From assembly GCA_041662745.1 (NCBI GenBank), contig JBAZRV010000001.1, positions 150,001 through 182,000 of the forward strand: 32,000 nt of DNA, written 5' to 3'. How positions within the stretch are numbered: position 1 is the stretch's first letter; every line of letters starts with the position of its first letter. Below the pieces are notes generated by a model that saw only the letters and a list, made by a program, of their open reading frames with translations, was not told the DNA's origin and did no database searches. This stretch comes from Patescibacteria group bacterium. Its GTDB lineage: Bacteria; Patescibacteriota; Patescibacteriia; 2-01-FULL-39-33. Made by a program: the position numbers and the translations under genes. Positions 29,478-32,000 of this stretch are shown piece after piece.

Positions 29478-31001
29478 ATGGATAAGGCGACGGCCAAATT
29501 GAAAAAATGGCAACGGGCGGCTCTGAGCCTGCCTGAGTTTGCCTTTGTTAAAAAATTCATTAACCAATATCCGGAAGCAAAAATCTACTTGGTTGGCGGC
29601 GCGGTGCGCGATATCCTGTTGGAGCGCGCCACTAAGGACTATGATTTTGTCATTGCCGGCGCGTCCGCTGAAAGAGTGGAAGATTTTTTTAGCCGGTTAG
29701 GCGAGGTTGATTTGGTTGGCAAAAGTTTCGGCGTATTCAAATTCGTACCCGAAGGCTTCCGGGTCGGTGATAATAACTTTGAAGCGATTGATGTCGCTTT
29801 GCCCCGCACCGAAGTCGCCGGCATGAGCGGCGGCTATAAGGATTTTGAGGTGCAGAGCGATCCGAATTTGCCGATTGAGTCTGACTTGTCGCGTCGCGAT
29901 TTTACCATTAACGCTTTGGCTTGGGATTTGACGGCAGAAAAGATAATTGATGAATTTGACGGCTTACAAGACTTAAAGAACAAGACTCTTCGAGCTATCG
30001 GCGATCCGGCGCAAAGATTCCAGGAGGACTATACTCGCATGTTGCGCGGTATCCGTTTTGTCTGCCAGCTTGATTTCGTTTTAGAGCCGGCTACTTATGA
30101 AATCATAAAAGCCAAGGCGGAAAAAATAAAAACCATCGCGCCGGAAAGGATTAATGAGGAGTTTACGAAGATTATTACATCTGACAGTCCGGAAAAAGGC
30201 ATCAGGTTAATGCAGGCTGTCGGTTTGCTTCAGATCCTGATTCCGGAATTGTCCGCCGCTTTCGGCGTGACGCAAAACTTGCACCATATTTATGACGTTT
30301 TTGAGCATAGCGTCCGGGCGGTTCAAGCCGGAGCCGACCGTGGCTTTAAGCTGGAAGTCCGCTTGGCCGCGCTTTTTCATGACATCGGCAAACCGCAAAC
30401 CAAAGAGGGCGACGGCCCTAAATCAACTTTCTATAATCATGATATCGTTGGCGCAAAAATCGCCAAGAAAATCCTGCGTCGCCTGAATTATTCCAATGAG
30501 ACTGTGGACTATGTCACTCACCTGGTTCGTTACCATATGTTTTATTACGCTTTGGATATTGTTTCCGATGCCGGCGTACGCCGCTTGTTAGCGCGTTTGG
30601 GCAAAGATCATATTGATGATTTTATCGCCGTGCGCATCTGTGATCGTTTGGGCATGGGCCGGCCCAAAGCCAAGCCCTGGAAACTCGTCCAATTGGAACG
30701 GCGATTCAAAGAAGTGCAGTTGGATCCGATTACGCCCAAAATGCTGAAGCTTAAAGGCGATGAACTTATGAAGCTTTTAGATATTATGCCGGGACCGCGC
30801 GTCGGCCTGATCTTGAATGCCTTGCTGGGCGAAGTATTGGAAGAACCGAAGAATAATGATCATGAGTATTTGGTTAAACGGGCTAGGGAATTGCAGAAAT
30901 CATCTGATGGAGAATTAAAGCAACTTAATCCGGATGTGAAATTTTATGACGAAGAAAGAAAGCGGAACTTGCATCGTGTCAATCCCAGCGATGACGCTTA
31001 A
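29478..31001 (+). CDS. cca: CCA-adding tRNA nucleotidyltransferase with HD domain (507 aa)
   Basis: YLVGGAVRDILL, DYDFVI, RDFTINA (Pol-beta NTase head), and HD motif LFHDIGKP...YHMFY. The track's TTG start at 29463 lies inside the promoter, so the call is trimmed to the ATG at 29478. Confidence 0.88.
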   Translation: MDKATAKLKKWQRAALSLPEFAFVKKFINQYPEAKIYLVGGAVRDILLERATKDYDFVIAGASAERVEDFFSRLGEVDLVGKSFGVFKFVPEGFRVGDNNFEAIDVALPRTEVAGMSGGYKDFEVQSDPNLPIESDLSRRDFTINALAWDLTAEKIIDEFDGLQDLKNKTLRAIGDPAQRFQEDYTRMLRGIRFVCQLDFVLEPATYEIIKAKAEKIKTIAPERINEEFTKIITSDSPEKGIRLMQAVGLLQILIPELSAAFGVTQNLHHIYDVFEHSVRAVQAGADRGFKLEVRLAALFHDIGKPQTKEGDGPKSTFYNHDIVGAKIAKKILRRLNYSNETVDYVTHLVRYHMFYYALDIVSDAGVRRLLARLGKDHIDDFIAVRICDRLGMGRPKAKPWKLVQLERRFKEVQLDPITPKMLKLKGDELMKLLDIMPGPRVGLILNALLGEVLEEPKNNDHEYLVKRARELQKSSDGELKQLNPDVKFYDEERKRNLHRVNPSDDA

Positions 31002-31043
31002 AAATTAAAAAACCCGGCCGAAACCGAGTTGGGAAGGTGCCAT

Positions 31044-31343
31044 TTATTGCTTGAAGAATTTTTCTATGCCGGCGAGGCGCCGTTCCAGGGACTGACGGAT
31101 CCTCTCCTTGATTATTTTTTTAGCCTCCGTCGGCACGGTACAGCTGGGATCAATGTTTTCCGGAGGAACCATTTTGTCGGTGTAAACCTTGTAGTCGTGG
31201 ACATTGAGAATATCGCAGACGTAGAGTCCTCTGAGCTGGTTAATGGCGGTGACCCAAAGAATATTGCCGGTTCTGGCGTTGGCGGCGATTTGGAAATAGT
31301 AACAGCCGATTTTAATGTCGGGATTCAGTGTTTGCTTAAGCAC
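31044..31343 (-). CDS. hypothetical protein (99 aa)
   Basis: GTG start 7 nt after GGAAGGAG. Preferred over the overlapping + strand ORF 31029-31349, which has no RBS and a low-complexity look. Confidence 0.55.
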   Translation of the reverse strand: MLKQTLNPDIKIGCYYFQIAANARTGNILWVTAINQLRGLYVCDILNVHDYKVYTDKMVPPENIDPSCTVPTEAKKIIKERIRQSLERRLAGIEKFFKQ

Positions 31344-31379
31344 AATTAACTCCTTCCCTGTTTTTACAGAACAATCTTT

Positions 31380-32000
31380 ATGTCAGATAATATTATTACA
31401 ATTGGTAAAGAAAGTCAAGGCCGGCGCCTGGATCTGTTTTTGGTTGAAGAACTGGGACGGACACGATCGCAGGTTCAAAAGTTGATTAAGTCCGGAGCGA
31501 TTGCGGTTAATGGCGGTCAGCCGACCGTGCATCGGTTTTTGAAAGAAAACGACTCCATTATCATTACGGAACCGGCCAAACCGGCTGATAATCCTAAAGG
31601 TGGAAAGAAGCTGGCTGTTCCCGTTGATTCTCATCGGGATGGCAAATTGCTCTGGCCCAAAATCAAGATTATTGATGATAATGACGAATATTTGATTATA
31701 GAAAAACCGGCCGGACTGTTGGTGCATCCGACCGATCAAAATGAAACCGATACGTTAATGGATTGGGTGATTGCCAAATATCCGCAAATTAAAAAAATTG
31801 GCGAAGATCCGGCGCGCGCCGGCATTGTTCATCGTTTGGATCGCGAAGTGTCCGGATTGATGGTTATACCGAAAACCCAAGACGCGTTTGATTACTTTAA
31901 AAAACTGTTTAAGACCAGGCAATTGACCAAGAAATATCTGGCCCTGGTTTATGGCCGAGTCGGTCAGGATGCGGGCGAGATTAACTTCCGCATCGGCCGG
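31380..32000 (+). CDS. rluD: RluA/RluD-family 23S rRNA pseudouridine synthase, first 207 codons (continues past the right edge)
   Basis: Absent from the track (no stop in the window). Reading from ATG at 31380 gives MSDNIITIGKESQGRRLDLFLVEELGRTRSQVQKLIKSGAIAVNG (S4 domain) ... YLIIEKPAGLLVHP ... GIVHRLDREVSGLMVI (catalytic Asp motif) ... KKYLALVYG. Confidence 0.85.
   Translation, partial: MSDNIITIGKESQGRRLDLFLVEELGRTRSQVQKLIKSGAIAVNGGQPTVHRFLKENDSIIITEPAKPADNPKGGKKLAVPVDSHRDGKLLWPKIKIIDDNDEYLIIEKPAGLLVHPTDQNETDTLMDWVIAKYPQIKKIGEDPARAGIVHRLDREVSGLMVIPKTQDAFDYFKKLFKTRQLTKKYLALVYGRVGQDAGEINFRIGR

Noticed and set aside
31029-31739. ORF 31029-31349 (+) and ORF 31383-31739 (-)
   Set aside because: The first overlaps a minus-strand ORF that has a strong GGAAGGAG RBS. 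The second is antisense to a clear RluD-like frame (S4 domain and HRLD motif) running from 31380 to the window edge.

Overview
This 32-kb window looks like it comes from a small-genome, moderately AT-rich bacterium. The gene style resembles CPR/Patescibacteria, but that is inference only. All calls rest on reading the sequence and on motif-level recognition; no searches were run. Housekeeping genes are gyrA (partial, left edge, absent from the ORF track), guaB, a pgsA-like phosphatidyltransferase, rpsP, cca, and an rluD-like pseudouridine synthase (partial, right edge, also absent from the track). There are five tRNAs: Arg-CCU, Ala-GGC, Asp-GUC, Val-GAC and Ile-UAU. Accessory blocks lie between the housekeeping genes. 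An AT-rich islet between tRNA-Arg and tRNA-Ala carries arrays of a TGTCTAGACA palindrome, one perfect DnaA box and orphan genes. An orphan ClpP-like protease sits next to guaB. A phage-style metallophosphoesterase and a DUF4406-like gene form a pair. Two small cassettes behind tRNA-Asp are bounded by imperfect direct repeats of about 100-120 bp. Further along are arsM, a 1409-aa orphan protein, paired 4-TM membrane proteins, and a two-gene operon (adenylate-kinase-like/NDT-like fusion plus a deviant ParA/MinD-like ATPase). The best candidate system is at 24.7-28.2 kb. It is one promoter-to-terminator operon encoding a 478-aa E2-like protein (HPH...Cys core behind an unknown N-domain and a coiled coil), a JAB/JAMM protease, a minimal 232-aa ThiF-type E1, and an 81-aa beta-grasp Ubl ending in Gly-Asn. 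That is a Bil-like ubiquitin-type conjugation module with atypical architecture. I found no CRISPR array, rRNA, integrase or transposase. The genetic code appears standard, with TGA used as a stop.
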